From Clostridia bacterium (lineage in GTDB: Bacteria; Bacillota; Clostridia; Oscillospirales; Acutalibacteraceae): a stretch of 64,000 nt of DNA. The notes under the pieces are model-generated. The model saw only the letters and a program-made list of their open reading frames with translations, searched no databases and was not told the origin of the DNA. Each line of letters begins with the position of its first letter. Position 1 is the first letter of the stretch. Made by a program: the position numbers and the translations under genes. The stretch spans positions 2,811 through 66,810 of the forward strand of contig JAFSYM010000146.1 of NCBI GenBank assembly GCA_017450005.1. The letters are read 5' to 3'. Positions 1-8,839 of this stretch are shown piece after piece.

Positions 1-1
1 C

Positions 2-1375
2 GACGACGACTATCTGCGCAAAACGCCGGGTCTGTACCCGGACGTGCTCGTACCGTGTGAGAGGATTACGCTCGATACACAGGTGCACGCGCTCTGGTTT
101 GAGATCGCGGCAGGGGACTATGCCGGCGGCACATATCCCGTGTCGGTGACGCTGGGCGATACGTCCTGCACGGTGCAGGTCACGGTGATACCCGCAGCGC
201 TGCCGGCACAGACGCTCCTGTGCACGCACTGGCTGCACACCGACTGCCTGCACACATGGTACGGCGTCGAGGTGTTCAGCGAGGAATACTGGCGCATCAC
301 GGAAAACTATGTGCGCGCCGCCGTGCAGCACGGCGTCAACTTTATTCTCACGCCGCTGTTCACGCCGCCGCTCGACACGGCCGTCGGCAGGGAACGTCCG
401 ACCGTGCAGCTTGTCGACGTTGTGAAAACAGGCGAAACGTATACGTTCGGCTTTGAGAAGCTGCGCCGCTGGTTCGGGATGTGCGAGCGTTGCGGCGTCG
501 CCGCCTATGAAATGTCGCACCTGTTCACGCAATGGGGCGCGATGCATGCGCCGAAAATCGTGGCGACAGTAGACGGGGAAACACGGCAGATCTTCGGCTG
601 GAAGACGTGGGCGGCGAGTAAAAAATATGAAACGTTTCTGCGTGCATTCGGCGCAGCGCTGCGGTCGTTTTTGCAGGAAACCGGTATGCTCCCGCGCTGT
701 TATTTCCATGTTTCGGACGAGCCGTCCATGGACCGCATCCGCGCCTACGCGCGCCGCAGCCGTCTGATCCGCGAGATGTTTCCGGATTCGCCCGTGATCG
801 ACGCGCTGTCCGATCTTGCATTTTATCAGCGCGGTCTGCTGCGGCAGCCGATCCCGTGCGTCAACCATGCGGCCGAGTTTTACGGACGTGTGCCGCAGCT
901 TTGGACATACTACTGCTGCGGGCCGGAGGACGGTCACTATCCGAACCGCCTCATGGCTATGCCGTCGCACCGCAACCGCGTTTTGGGCATGCTCATGTAC
1001 AGATTCGACGTGCGCGGCTTTTTGCAGTGGGGGCTGAACTTCTGGTACAGCCCGCTGTCCGACCATCCTGTCGATCCGTACAATCCCGCGTCGGAGGAAG
1101 ACGCTTTTCCGGCGGGCGACGCGTGCGTGCTCTATCCGGGCGAGGGGGGCGAGGCGGTCGTGTCCCTGCGCTTCAAGGTGTTCCGCGAGGCGCTGCAGGA
1201 TCAGCGCGCGCTCTCGCTGCTCGAAAGCCGGATCGGCCGAGAAAATGTATGCGCCATGCTCGAAGAAGCGGGCGTCCGCGCGTTCAATGACTATCCGCGA
1301 TCCGGCGAAGCGATCGTGTCTCTGCGCGAGCGGATCAACCGCGCGATTGCGGAAACGACGGAGACGAAAGCATGA
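2..1375 (+). CDS. DUF4091-like glycoside-hydrolase-related protein, 5' partial (frame is open to the window edge)
   Basis: Frame open from nt 2 (DDDYLRKTPGLYPD...). Motifs FHVSDEP, YYCCGP, GFLQWGLNFWYS and GDACVLYPG resemble DUF4091 proteins. ATGA overlap with the next gene. Confidence 0.6.
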   Translation, partial: DDDYLRKTPGLYPDVLVPCERITLDTQVHALWFEIAAGDYAGGTYPVSVTLGDTSCTVQVTVIPAALPAQTLLCTHWLHTDCLHTWYGVEVFSEEYWRITENYVRAAVQHGVNFILTPLFTPPLDTAVGRERPTVQLVDVVKTGETYTFGFEKLRRWFGMCERCGVAAYEMSHLFTQWGAMHAPKIVATVDGETRQIFGWKTWAASKKYETFLRAFGAALRSFLQETGMLPRCYFHVSDEPSMDRIRAYARRSRLIREMFPDSPVIDALSDLAFYQRGLLRQPIPCVNHAAEFYGRVPQLWTYYCCGPEDGHYPNRLMAMPSHRNRVLGMLMYRFDVRGFLQWGLNFWYSPLSDHPVDPYNPASEEDAFPAGDACVLYPGEGGEAVVSLRFKVFREALQDQRALSLLESRIGRENVCAMLEEAGVRAFNDYPRSGEAIVSLRERINRAIAETTETKA

Positions 1376-2013
1376 GCATCTGTGTTGTTGCGGCATCCAT
1401 GCCGCAGACGGATCTGTATATCCCGCAGGGCGCGTACCGCATTGCGGCGGACAAAGGGATTCTGCAGTTTCAGAGCCGGGGCATAGAGCCGGACCTGGTT
1501 GTGGGCGATTTTGATTCGCTCGGCTATGTGCCGCAGGCACGTGAGATTGTGCGCCATCCCGTGGAGAAAGACGACACCGATATGATGCTGGCCGTGCGCG
1601 AAGGATTGCGGCGCGGATACCGTGATTTTCTCCTGTACGGCGGGCTGGGCGGCCGGCTCGATCATACGCTGGCCAACATCCAGACACTTGCGTTTCTTGA
1701 CCTGTACGGCGCGCGCGGCCTGCTCTGCGGCGACGGAACGGCAGTGACGCTGCTTCGAGACGGCGCGCTGCGTTTTCCGGCGTCGATGTCCGGCACGGTT
1801 TCCGTGTTCTGCTTCGGCGATGCGGCCGGGGGCGTCACGGAGCGGGGACTGTATTATGCGCTGGAGAACGCCGACATCGCGAACACGTTTCCGATCGGCG
1901 TGAGCAACGCGTTCTGCGGGCGCGAGAGCGAAGTGTCCGTGCAAAAAGGAAAGCTGCTCGTCCTGTGGCAGAGCACAGCACAAGCAGCGTGTGACGTCTT
2001 GTTCGGCGGATGA
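1372..2013 (+). CDS. thiN: thiamine diphosphokinase (thiamine pyrophosphokinase)
   Basis: 213 aa. Motifs VVGDFDSLG and GGLGGRLDHTLANI are typical of TPK catalytic and B1-binding domains. Confidence 0.8.
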   Translation: MSICVVAASMPQTDLYIPQGAYRIAADKGILQFQSRGIEPDLVVGDFDSLGYVPQAREIVRHPVEKDDTDMMLAVREGLRRGYRDFLLYGGLGGRLDHTLANIQTLAFLDLYGARGLLCGDGTAVTLLRDGALRFPASMSGTVSVFCFGDAAGGVTERGLYYALENADIANTFPIGVSNAFCGRESEVSVQKGKLLVLWQSTAQAACDVLFGG

Positions 2014-2014
2014 T

Positions 2015-2896
2015 TTATCTTGCCTTGTAGTGGGACAGGTTCGCGTCGATGAACAGTGCGCCGATCGTCAGCGCGTGGAAGACCGAACCGTCCTCCATCG
2101 GCAGGACGGTGATGTCCTCGCCTTCGCCGCCGAAATTGTCGATCCATTTCGGCTGATACAGAATCCGATCAAAGTATTTTTCGACCTTGCCGCCGGCGAG
2201 GTCGATTTCGTATACCGCGCGCGTCGCGTCGTTTGTGGCGGCGTACAGCTTGCCGCAGTACATTTCCGCGCCCTGGATGCGGTCGACCGCGGACTGCAGA
2301 GGAATGGTTTTCACATAGTCCAGCGTGTCAAGATCGTAGGCGAAAAGCGCGTCTGCATTCCGGCACTGCGCCACGTAGAAAAGACCGCTCTCCGGATTGC
2401 ACGCTACCCACGGCACACCCCGCGTGAGGGCGTGATCGCTGCCGGAATCCTTGCCGGGCAGCAGGACGTAACGTCCTGTGTATGCGAGCGTCTGCCCGTC
2501 GAAGAGCGCGACGATCGGATTGCGCCAGACCTTGCTGTCCTCAATCGCGGCATAGACGAGTCCGTCCGCATAGCTGATGCCGCCGATGTGCGCGCTGCCG
2601 TACAGGTCGGATAGCTCCTGCGGAATCGCGTGCTTTTGCAGCGCGAGCACCGTTTCATTGTCGAACGACACCTTGACGAGCGAATGCCTGCCGCTGAAGA
2701 TCCATGCAGAGCCGTCGGTCGTTACGCCCTGGCTGCGTTCGATCGCCTCAAAGCCGACCGTGCGGTCGACGGTAACGGGCGCGTATACGTCGCCGGCAAA
2801 CAGCCGGTTGAGCGAGCCGCTGACGACGGTCAGTACGCCCAGCAGACCGAACAGCAGAACCTTTATACTCTTGCGCAGGAAGTTGATTTCGTTCAT
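2015..2896 (-). CDS. hypothetical secreted/membrane-anchored protein, beta-propeller-like
   Basis: N-terminal hydrophobic signal/anchor (KVLLFGLLGVLTVVSGS). No catalytic motif recognised. 4-nt overlap with the upstream DUF368 gene suggests co-transcription. Confidence 0.5.
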   Translation of the reverse strand: MNEINFLRKSIKVLLFGLLGVLTVVSGSLNRLFAGDVYAPVTVDRTVGFEAIERSQGVTTDGSAWIFSGRHSLVKVSFDNETVLALQKHAIPQELSDLYGSAHIGGISYADGLVYAAIEDSKVWRNPIVALFDGQTLAYTGRYVLLPGKDSGSDHALTRGVPWVACNPESGLFYVAQCRNADALFAYDLDTLDYVKTIPLQSAVDRIQGAEMYCGKLYAATNDATRAVYEIDLAGGKVEKYFDRILYQPKWIDNFGGEGEDITVLPMEDGSVFHALTIGALFIDANLSHYKAR

Positions 2897-3765
2897 TGCG
2901 TCTGTTCTCTTTTGTGCAGATATTTCTGGCTGACGGCGTTGATGACCAGCGACGCGCCGAAGCCGATCAGCGCCAGCACGACATCCCAGATCACATCGGA
3001 CGCCGAGCCGAACTGCAGCGGGATGATGGGCAGCACCATCGCAAGCACCGCGCCGAGGATGGCGTGATAGGTGACGGTATGATGCTTTTTAAACAGCGCG
3101 TTGATGCCGCGCGAGAGCGAAAGCACCACGGCGGCGGCACCCAGTCCGATCGGAATGACGACGTGCAGATCCAGCCTTGAAATGCCGTCGAGCATGGGCT
3201 TGAACAGGCCGAGGAAGATCATGGCGGACGAGGAGCTTGTGCCGGGGATGATGACATTCAGCCCCCAGACAGCCCCGCAGAAAAACCACCAGCCGGTGTT
3301 CGGCACGATGTGCAGACCTCTGCCGTATTTGAGATACAGAAAGACAGACGCCAGCACGACAAAGCTTGCGCCAAGACTGATCCATGCGCGCTTGCCGCGT
3401 CCCTGCTCGCCCGCGTCGCGGTAGAGCTGCGGTATCATGCCGAGAATCAGACCGATGAATGCGCAGACCGCCTGATCTTCGTGCAGTACCATGATCTGCT
3501 TGACAATGCCCGCAAAGCCGATGAACCCGATCCCGATGCCCAGTCCCACGGGCAGCAGCATCCAGAAATATTTTTTGAGGTTTTTGAACGGGTGCGCCAG
3601 CGTTTCCATCAGCGGACGGTACACGCCGAATATGACGCACATTGCGCCGCCGCTCACGCCGGGCAGAATGCCGCCGACGCCGATGATGCACCCCTGCACC
3701 AGCCGAAGCAAAAACTGCAGCACGACATTTTGTTTCTTTTTCTGCATAGTCAATTTGATCTCCAT
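2893..3765 (-). CDS. DUF368 family polytopic membrane protein (family linked to undecaprenyl-phosphate recycling)
   Basis: 290 aa, multi-TM, with the signature GILPGVSGGAM near the N-terminus and a second IIPGTSSS repeat. Confidence 0.75.
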   Translation of the reverse strand: MEIKLTMQKKKQNVVLQFLLRLVQGCIIGVGGILPGVSGGAMCVIFGVYRPLMETLAHPFKNLKKYFWMLLPVGLGIGIGFIGFAGIVKQIMVLHEDQAVCAFIGLILGMIPQLYRDAGEQGRGKRAWISLGASFVVLASVFLYLKYGRGLHIVPNTGWWFFCGAVWGLNVIIPGTSSSSAMIFLGLFKPMLDGISRLDLHVVIPIGLGAAAVVLSLSRGINALFKKHHTVTYHAILGAVLAMVLPIIPLQFGSASDVIWDVVLALIGFGASLVINAVSQKYLHKREQTQ

Positions 3766-3941
3766 ATAATCGGTATAGCACTTTATTTTACCATTTCATA
3801 CATGCAGTGTCAATAGAAAGCTTAACAGGACAGGTTCTTCCGTTTGCCCGTAACAAAGCTGTGTCCGTATGGCTTGATGCTTAAGTGAAAGAAATTCTCA
3901 AAAATATAACAAAAAATCCCGAAAAAGGTTTGAAAATAGTG

Positions 3942-3970
3942 TAGATTTATTGTTTTAAATATGTTATAAT
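3942..3970 (+). promoter_or_regulatory. candidate sigma-A promoter of the hydrogenase operon (TAGATT-17-TGtTATAAT, extended -10)
   Basis: AT-rich island upstream of hydC. TATAAT at 3965-3970 is preceded by TGn, with a weak -35 exactly 17 nt upstream. Confidence 0.4.
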
Positions 3971-4053
3971 GACTACCGTATGCGAATATGAGTTTCTGCG
4001 ACGCGGAAACTCTGTCAGTGAATACGATTACCGCAAAGGGAGGCAATCCTATC

Positions 4054-4548
4054 ATGCAAAAGAAAATCAGCAAAATGCCCTTCAAGGGTTCGCCCGAACA
4101 GGCTGCGCAGCTGCAGAGTGTGATCGCCGAGTGCAAGGACGATCCGAGCAGACTGATGCACGTTATGCAGCAGGCGCAGGCGATCTACGGCTATCTTCCG
4201 ATCGAGGTGCAGGCAACCATCGCAGAGGGTATGGGCGTGCCGCTTGAGAAGGTGTACGGCGTAGCGACGTTCTATGCGCAGTTCGCACTCTCACCCAAGG
4301 GCAAGTACAATATCTCCGTGTGCCTGGGAACCGCCTGCTATGTCAAGGGCTCGCAGGACGTGCTCAACAAGATCTGCGAGCAGCTCGGCATCGAGCCCGG
4401 CGAGTGCACCGAGGACGGTAAGTACTCCATCGAGGCGTGCCGCTGCATTGGCGCATGCGGTCTGGCGCCCGTGTTTACGGTCAATGACGACGTGTACGGC
4501 AAGGTCACGCCGAACCAGGTGGCAGACATCCTTGCGAAATACGAGTAA
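4054..4548 (+). CDS. hydC: NuoE-like [2Fe-2S] subunit of bifurcating [FeFe]-hydrogenase (HydC)
   Basis: RBS AAGGGAGG at 4035-4042. Cys motif SVCLGTACYVKG...EACRCIGACGLAP is typical of NuoE/HydC. The track ORF starts earlier (3988) without an RBS. Confidence 0.85.
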   Translation: MQKKISKMPFKGSPEQAAQLQSVIAECKDDPSRLMHVMQQAQAIYGYLPIEVQATIAEGMGVPLEKVYGVATFYAQFALSPKGKYNISVCLGTACYVKGSQDVLNKICEQLGIEPGECTEDGKYSIEACRCIGACGLAPVFTVNDDVYGKVTPNQVADILAKYE

Positions 4549-4568
4549 TTCCAAAAGAGGGTTAGAAC

Positions 4569-4925
4569 ATGACGATCCGTGATATCCGCGATCTTCTCGA
4601 CGCGCAGGTGCTGTGCGGCGACGGGGAGCTGGACAGGGAGGTTCACTCCGCGTGCGGCAGCGACATGATGAGCGACGTGCTCGCCTTCGTCAAGAATCAG
4701 GCGGTGCTGCTCACGGGGCTGGTCAATGCGCAGGTCGTTCGCACCGCCGTGATGATGGACATTGTGTGCATCGTTTTCGTGCGTTCCAAAAAGCCGTCGC
4801 AGGAGATTGTCGATTTCGCTGAAGAAAACGATATTACCGTGCTCACGACAGCGCGCCGTATGTATGAGGCGTGCGGCAGACTCTATGCCGCCGGTCTGAA
4901 AGGAAACGGTGAAATGCATGAGTGA
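4569..4925 (+). CDS. DRTGG domain protein
   Basis: 118 aa. GSDMMSDVLAFV...VLLTGL...VVRTA pattern is typical of the DRTGG domain. RBS AAAGAGGG lies upstream. Confidence 0.7.
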   Translation: MTIRDIRDLLDAQVLCGDGELDREVHSACGSDMMSDVLAFVKNQAVLLTGLVNAQVVRTAVMMDIVCIVFVRSKKPSQEIVDFAEENDITVLTTARRMYEACGRLYAAGLKGNGEMHE

Positions 4926-5340
4926 GCCGCTGAAGTTTCAATACGAAGTGGACGGCGACAATTTCACCTCTGCCGGTCAGGCTTCCGTGCAGGTCAAAAA
5001 GGTGTTGCGCCGTCTGGGCCTTGATCCCGAAACCATCCGCCGTGTCTCCATCGCCATGTACGAGGGCGAGATCAATATGGTCATTCACGCGGGCGGGGGC
5101 GAGGCGGAAGTGCTCATTTATGAGGACAGCATCGAGATCATCCTGCGCGACAAAGGTCCTGGCATTGCCGACATCGACCAGGCCATGCAGGAGGGGTTCT
5201 CAACCGCGCCCGACAATATCCGCTCTTTGGGCTTCGGCGCCGGCATGGGTCTGCCGAACATGAAGCGATATACTGACGATATGCAGATCGAATCCACGGT
5301 TGGCGTGGGGACGACGATCACCATGCGTGTCAACCTTTAA
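4918..5340 (+). CDS. HATPase_c protein, anti-sigma-factor-like serine kinase (RsbW/SpoIIAB type)
   Basis: Motifs DKGPGIADI and GFGAGMGLPNMKRY (G1/G2 boxes). The ATG overlaps the upstream stop (ATGAGTGA). The track lists a GTG start at 4909. Confidence 0.7.
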   Translation: MSEPLKFQYEVDGDNFTSAGQASVQVKKVLRRLGLDPETIRRVSIAMYEGEINMVIHAGGGEAEVLIYEDSIEIILRDKGPGIADIDQAMQEGFSTAPDNIRSLGFGAGMGLPNMKRYTDDMQIESTVGVGTTITMRVNL

Positions 5341-5370
5341 CAACTGTCTGTTCTGAAAGGAGAGCCGACC

Positions 5371-6684
5371 ATGCAGGAATATATTCATTCGGTTTCTCTG
5401 GACGCGGATCGCTGTACCGGCTGCACGACCTGTATGAAATTCTGCCCCACCGAGGCCATCCGCGTGCACAACGGCTGTGCGCAGATCGACGGCAACCGCT
5501 GCATTGACTGCGGCGAGTGCGTGCGCCACTGCACCAACAACGCCAAGAAAGCCGTGTGCAGCCAGTTTTCGCAGATCGCAGCGTACAAGTGGAAGATTGC
5601 GCTGCCTGCGCCGTCGCTGTTTGCGCAGTTCAGCGGACTGGACGACGTGGACTTTGTGCTGCAGGGGCTTCTGGACATCGGGTTCGACGATGTGTTTGAG
5701 GTCGCGCGTGCGGCAGAGCTTGTGAGCGCCTATACGCGCCGCTATCTCAAAACCGAGGGCATCAAAAAGCCCGTCATCTCCAGCGCGTGTCCCGTGGTGG
5801 AGCGGCTGGTGCTGCTGCGTTTTCCGTCGCTGCGCGACAACATTCTGCCCATAAAGCCCCCTGTCGAGGTCGCGGCAGAGATGGCGCGTGCCAAAGCGCT
5901 GCGCGAGCACCCGGAGCTGAGGAGCGAGGACGTCGGCGTCTGCTTTATTTCGCCCTGCGCGGCCAAGGCGAGCTACATCAAAAACCAGTGCGGCAGCTAC
6001 CAAAGTCAGGTAGACGTGGTGCTGTCGATCAACGAAGTATACTTCCAGCTTCTCAATGTGATGAAGCATATCGAATCGCCGGCCGTCTCGACCGCATCCG
6101 GCATGATCGGTCTCGGCTGGGCATCGATCGGGGGCGAGACAAGCGCACTCCTGAGCGACAACAACATCTCCGTGGACGGCATTCACAACGTCAACGAGGT
6201 TCTGGAAAAGATCGAAAACGGCAGCATCCCCCCCGTGGATTTTGTGGAGCTGAACGCCTGTACGGGCGGCTGTGTCGGCGGCGTACTGACGATCGAAAAC
6301 CCGTATGTGGCCAAGAACCGGCTCAAAGCGCTGCGGAGGTATATGCCCGTTTCACTCAACACCATCCCGTCTGAGGAGAGCTACATTCCGGACGACGTGC
6401 TTGCGGAGCCTGCGGCGTATCAGAACAACAACCGCCTGGGCAGGAGCTTCGGCGAATCCATGCGCCTGATGGTCAGGATTCAGGAGATCCGCGAGAGCCT
6501 GCCCGGCATCGACTGCGGTTCCTGCGGCGCGCCGACCTGCCGCGCTTTCGCGGAGGACGTTGTGCGCGGCAAGGCCGACATCGACGACTGCATCATTGCT
6601 TATAAGGATTTAATCCGAAACTATATTTCCGACAAGAATCGAGGCGAACGAACGCATGACAGTGGAACAACTGGCACAGTGTGA
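5371..6684 (+). CDS. HydS-like [FeFe]-hydrogenase-domain protein: 2x[4Fe-4S] ferredoxin, degenerate H-cluster domain, C-terminal CxxCxxxxC FeS domain
   Basis: CTGCTTCMKFCP and CIDCGECVRHC ferredoxin motifs. H-cluster-type motifs SSACP, SPCAAK and ACTGGCVGG. C-terminal CGSCGAPTCRAFAED. Confidence 0.75.
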   Translation: MQEYIHSVSLDADRCTGCTTCMKFCPTEAIRVHNGCAQIDGNRCIDCGECVRHCTNNAKKAVCSQFSQIAAYKWKIALPAPSLFAQFSGLDDVDFVLQGLLDIGFDDVFEVARAAELVSAYTRRYLKTEGIKKPVISSACPVVERLVLLRFPSLRDNILPIKPPVEVAAEMARAKALREHPELRSEDVGVCFISPCAAKASYIKNQCGSYQSQVDVVLSINEVYFQLLNVMKHIESPAVSTASGMIGLGWASIGGETSALLSDNNISVDGIHNVNEVLEKIENGSIPPVDFVELNACTGGCVGGVLTIENPYVAKNRLKALRRYMPVSLNTIPSEESYIPDDVLAEPAAYQNNNRLGRSFGESMRLMVRIQEIRESLPGIDCGSCGAPTCRAFAEDVVRGKADIDDCIIAYKDLIRNYISDKNRGERTHDSGTTGTV

Positions 6685-6982
6685 CGGCATGTGTGCGCTT
6701 GCCTGCCCTGCGCCGGAGCGCGAGATCTGCGGCGTTTATATCGGCGACCTGCTCAGTTGGGTTATGGGGCGCGCCGAGGCCGACAACGTATGGATCACGA
6801 TTATGTCCAACGTCAACATCATCGCTGTGGCGGCGCTGGCAGATACGGCATGCATCATACTGGCCGAGGGCGTGACGCTCGAACCTTCTGTGCTGGAGAC
6901 GGCTATGGCAAAGGAAATTAACGTGCTGCAAAGCGCAAAGCCCATCTATGAGACGGCGCTGCTGCTGCACGAACTGTGCTGA
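6656..6982 (+). CDS. DRTGG domain protein (second copy)
   Basis: 108 aa. IGDLLSWVMG...VWITIMSNVNIIAVA pattern. Overlaps the preceding gene by 29 nt. Confidence 0.65.
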   Translation: MTVEQLAQCDGMCALACPAPEREICGVYIGDLLSWVMGRAEADNVWITIMSNVNIIAVAALADTACIILAEGVTLEPSVLETAMAKEINVLQSAKPIYETALLLHELC

Positions 6983-6983
6983 C

Positions 6984-7721
6984 ATGAACCGCTATTACTA
7001 CGACCTGCATATCCATTCGTGCCTGTCGCCCTGCGGCGACAACGACATGACGCCCAACAACATCGCCGGTATGGCGGCGCTGGCGGGTCTGCAGATCGTT
7101 GCATTGACGGATCATAATACATCTAAAAACTGTCCGGCCTTTTTTGAGGCGGCCAAACGGCAGGGGATCATTCCCGTGGCCGGTATGGAACTGACCACGG
7201 CGGAGGACATTCATCTGCTGTGCCTGTTTCCGACGCTGGACGAGGCGATGGCGTTTGACGCGGCTGTGGACGCACGGCGTGTGCGCATCCCGAACCGTGT
7301 CGACATCTTCGGCGAGCAGTGGATTCTCGACGGGCAGGACGAAGTGATCGGCAGCGAAGAATTTCTGCTGTCGAACGCAACGACCCTCACGATTGAAGAC
7401 GGCGCCGCGCTTTGCCGCTCGATGGGCGGCGTGTGCTGGCCGGCGCATATTGACCGCGAGGCAAACGGCGTGATCGCCGTGCTGGGCGCGTTTCCGGACG
7501 AGCCCGATTTCCGGTGCGCGGAGTTTAACGACAGCGCGAACCAGCCGGAATATCTGCAAAACTATCCCAATCTGCGCGATAAACTGCTGATTACGTCTTC
7601 CGATGCGCATTACCTGTGGCAGATCCGCGACAAGAGCGCGTATTTTGAGCTGGAGGACGAGCCGTACAGCGGTGATCTGGTGCGCAGCAAACTATTTGAA
7701 AAACTGAGGTGCGGGCAGTGA
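6984..7721 (+). CDS. PHP-domain metal-dependent phosphoesterase
   Basis: MNRYYYDLHIHSCLSPCGD and LTDHNT are classic PHP N-terminal His motifs. The ATG lies 1 nt after the upstream stop. Confidence 0.75.
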   Translation: MNRYYYDLHIHSCLSPCGDNDMTPNNIAGMAALAGLQIVALTDHNTSKNCPAFFEAAKRQGIIPVAGMELTTAEDIHLLCLFPTLDEAMAFDAAVDARRVRIPNRVDIFGEQWILDGQDEVIGSEEFLLSNATTLTIEDGAALCRSMGGVCWPAHIDREANGVIAVLGAFPDEPDFRCAEFNDSANQPEYLQNYPNLRDKLLITSSDAHYLWQIRDKSAYFELEDEPYSGDLVRSKLFEKLRCGQ

Positions 7722-8275
7722 AAGAACTCTCTCTGAATATTCTCGACATTGCCCAGAATTCGATCAAGGCAGGCGCGGCGCACATCGACGTGCTGCTCGA
7801 CGAGACAGCCGAGACCTTGTGTCTTACGATCCGCGACGACGGCTGCGGTATGACAGCCGAAGTTGTCCGCAGCGTGACCGATCCGTTCTATACCACGCGC
7901 ACGACGCGCAGCGTCGGGATGGGCATTCCGCTGCTGAAACTTGCGGCGGAGCAGACCGGCGGCACGTTTTCGATCGAATCGGTCAGCGAGCAGGACGATC
8001 CCGTCCGGCACGGCACCTGTGTGCAGGCGTTGTTTAATAAGAACCATCTGGATTTTACGCCGCTCGGAGACGTCGTTTCCACGGTGTGCACATTGATTCA
8101 GGGCGCACCGTCGGTGGACTGGCATTTCTGCCATACATACGGCGAACACAGCGCCGCAGTGGATACGGCCGAGATGCGGCAGGTGCTCGGCGACGTCCCG
8201 CTCGACAGTTTTGAAGTACTTGACTGGATCCGGCAGTCCCTTCTGGAGGAGTACGCCGGTTTCGATACACAGTAA
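7709..8275 (+). CDS. HATPase_c ATP-binding protein (second kinase-like module)
   Basis: IRDDGCGMT and SVGMGIPLLK motifs. A more likely start is GTG 7718, with GAGGTG 7 nt upstream and a GTGA overlap with the PHP stop. Confidence 0.65.
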   Translation: MRAVKELSLNILDIAQNSIKAGAAHIDVLLDETAETLCLTIRDDGCGMTAEVVRSVTDPFYTTRTTRSVGMGIPLLKLAAEQTGGTFSIESVSEQDDPVRHGTCVQALFNKNHLDFTPLGDVVSTVCTLIQGAPSVDWHFCHTYGEHSAAVDTAEMRQVLGDVPLDSFEVLDWIRQSLLEEYAGFDTQ

Positions 8276-8281
8276 TCTAAT

Positions 8282-8435
8282 CCCCTGTAACACCTAAAAC
8301 TCTGAAAAGCATTGCGGCGATTTCTTGCGCCGAACTTCGTCCTTGTCCTTGACGGGCGCCAGCCCGTCTTCGTTCGCATCCTTGTTCGGCACAAGAAATC
8401 TTGCAATCAGATTTCATCTTTTAAGTGTTACAGGG
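8282..8435. repeat. ~155-nt nested inverted repeat (long imperfect hairpin) inside the hydrogenase operon
   Basis: Outer arms 8283-8300 and 8418-8435 match 16/18. Inner arms 8309-8335 and 8384-8408. Central hairpin is GACGGGC-GCCA-GCCCGTC at 8351-8368. Confidence 0.6.
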
Positions 8436-8461
8436 TACTAAGGGAGAAAGGAATATAAACT

Positions 8462-8824
8462 ATGAAATCTTTGGCTGAACTTGCGGCAATCCGCGAAAAG
8501 ATGAAGGACAAGGTCGTCCTGCGCGAAGGCAGCGGCGACATCCGCGTAGTCGTCGGCATGGCGACCTGCGGCATTGCGGCCGGCGCAAGACCCGTGCTCA
8601 ACCGCTTTGTCGAGCAGGTCAGCGCACAGGGCCTTGCAGACAAGGTGACTGTGACGCAGACGGGCTGCATCGGCATCTGCCAGTTTGAACCGGTGGTCGA
8701 GGTGTACGAGGCCGGCAAGGAAAAAGTGACATACGTTAAGATGACGGCGGAAAAAGCCGACGAGGTCGTGGAGAAGCACCTCAAGGGCGGCAAAGTCGTT
8801 GCAGAATACACGATCCAAGCGTAA
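8462..8824 (+). CDS. thioredoxin-like [2Fe-2S] ferredoxin
   Basis: 120 aa. GMATCGIAAGA and TGCIGICQFEPVV Cys motifs. Strong RBS AGGGAGAAAGG. Confidence 0.75.
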   Translation: MKSLAELAAIREKMKDKVVLREGSGDIRVVVGMATCGIAAGARPVLNRFVEQVSAQGLADKVTVTQTGCIGICQFEPVVEVYEAGKEKVTYVKMTAEKADEVVEKHLKGGKVVAEYTIQA

Positions 8825-8839
8825 CGGGAGGTAAAGTTT

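Noticed and set aside
3882-3901. Rex-like operator (AAGTGAAAGAAATTCTCAA) upstream of the hydrogenase operon
   Set aside because: The half-sites GTGAA and TTCTC are separated by 5 nt rather than the 4 nt of the TTGTGAA-N4-TTCACAA consensus as I recall it. One half-site is also mismatched. That is too weak to call.
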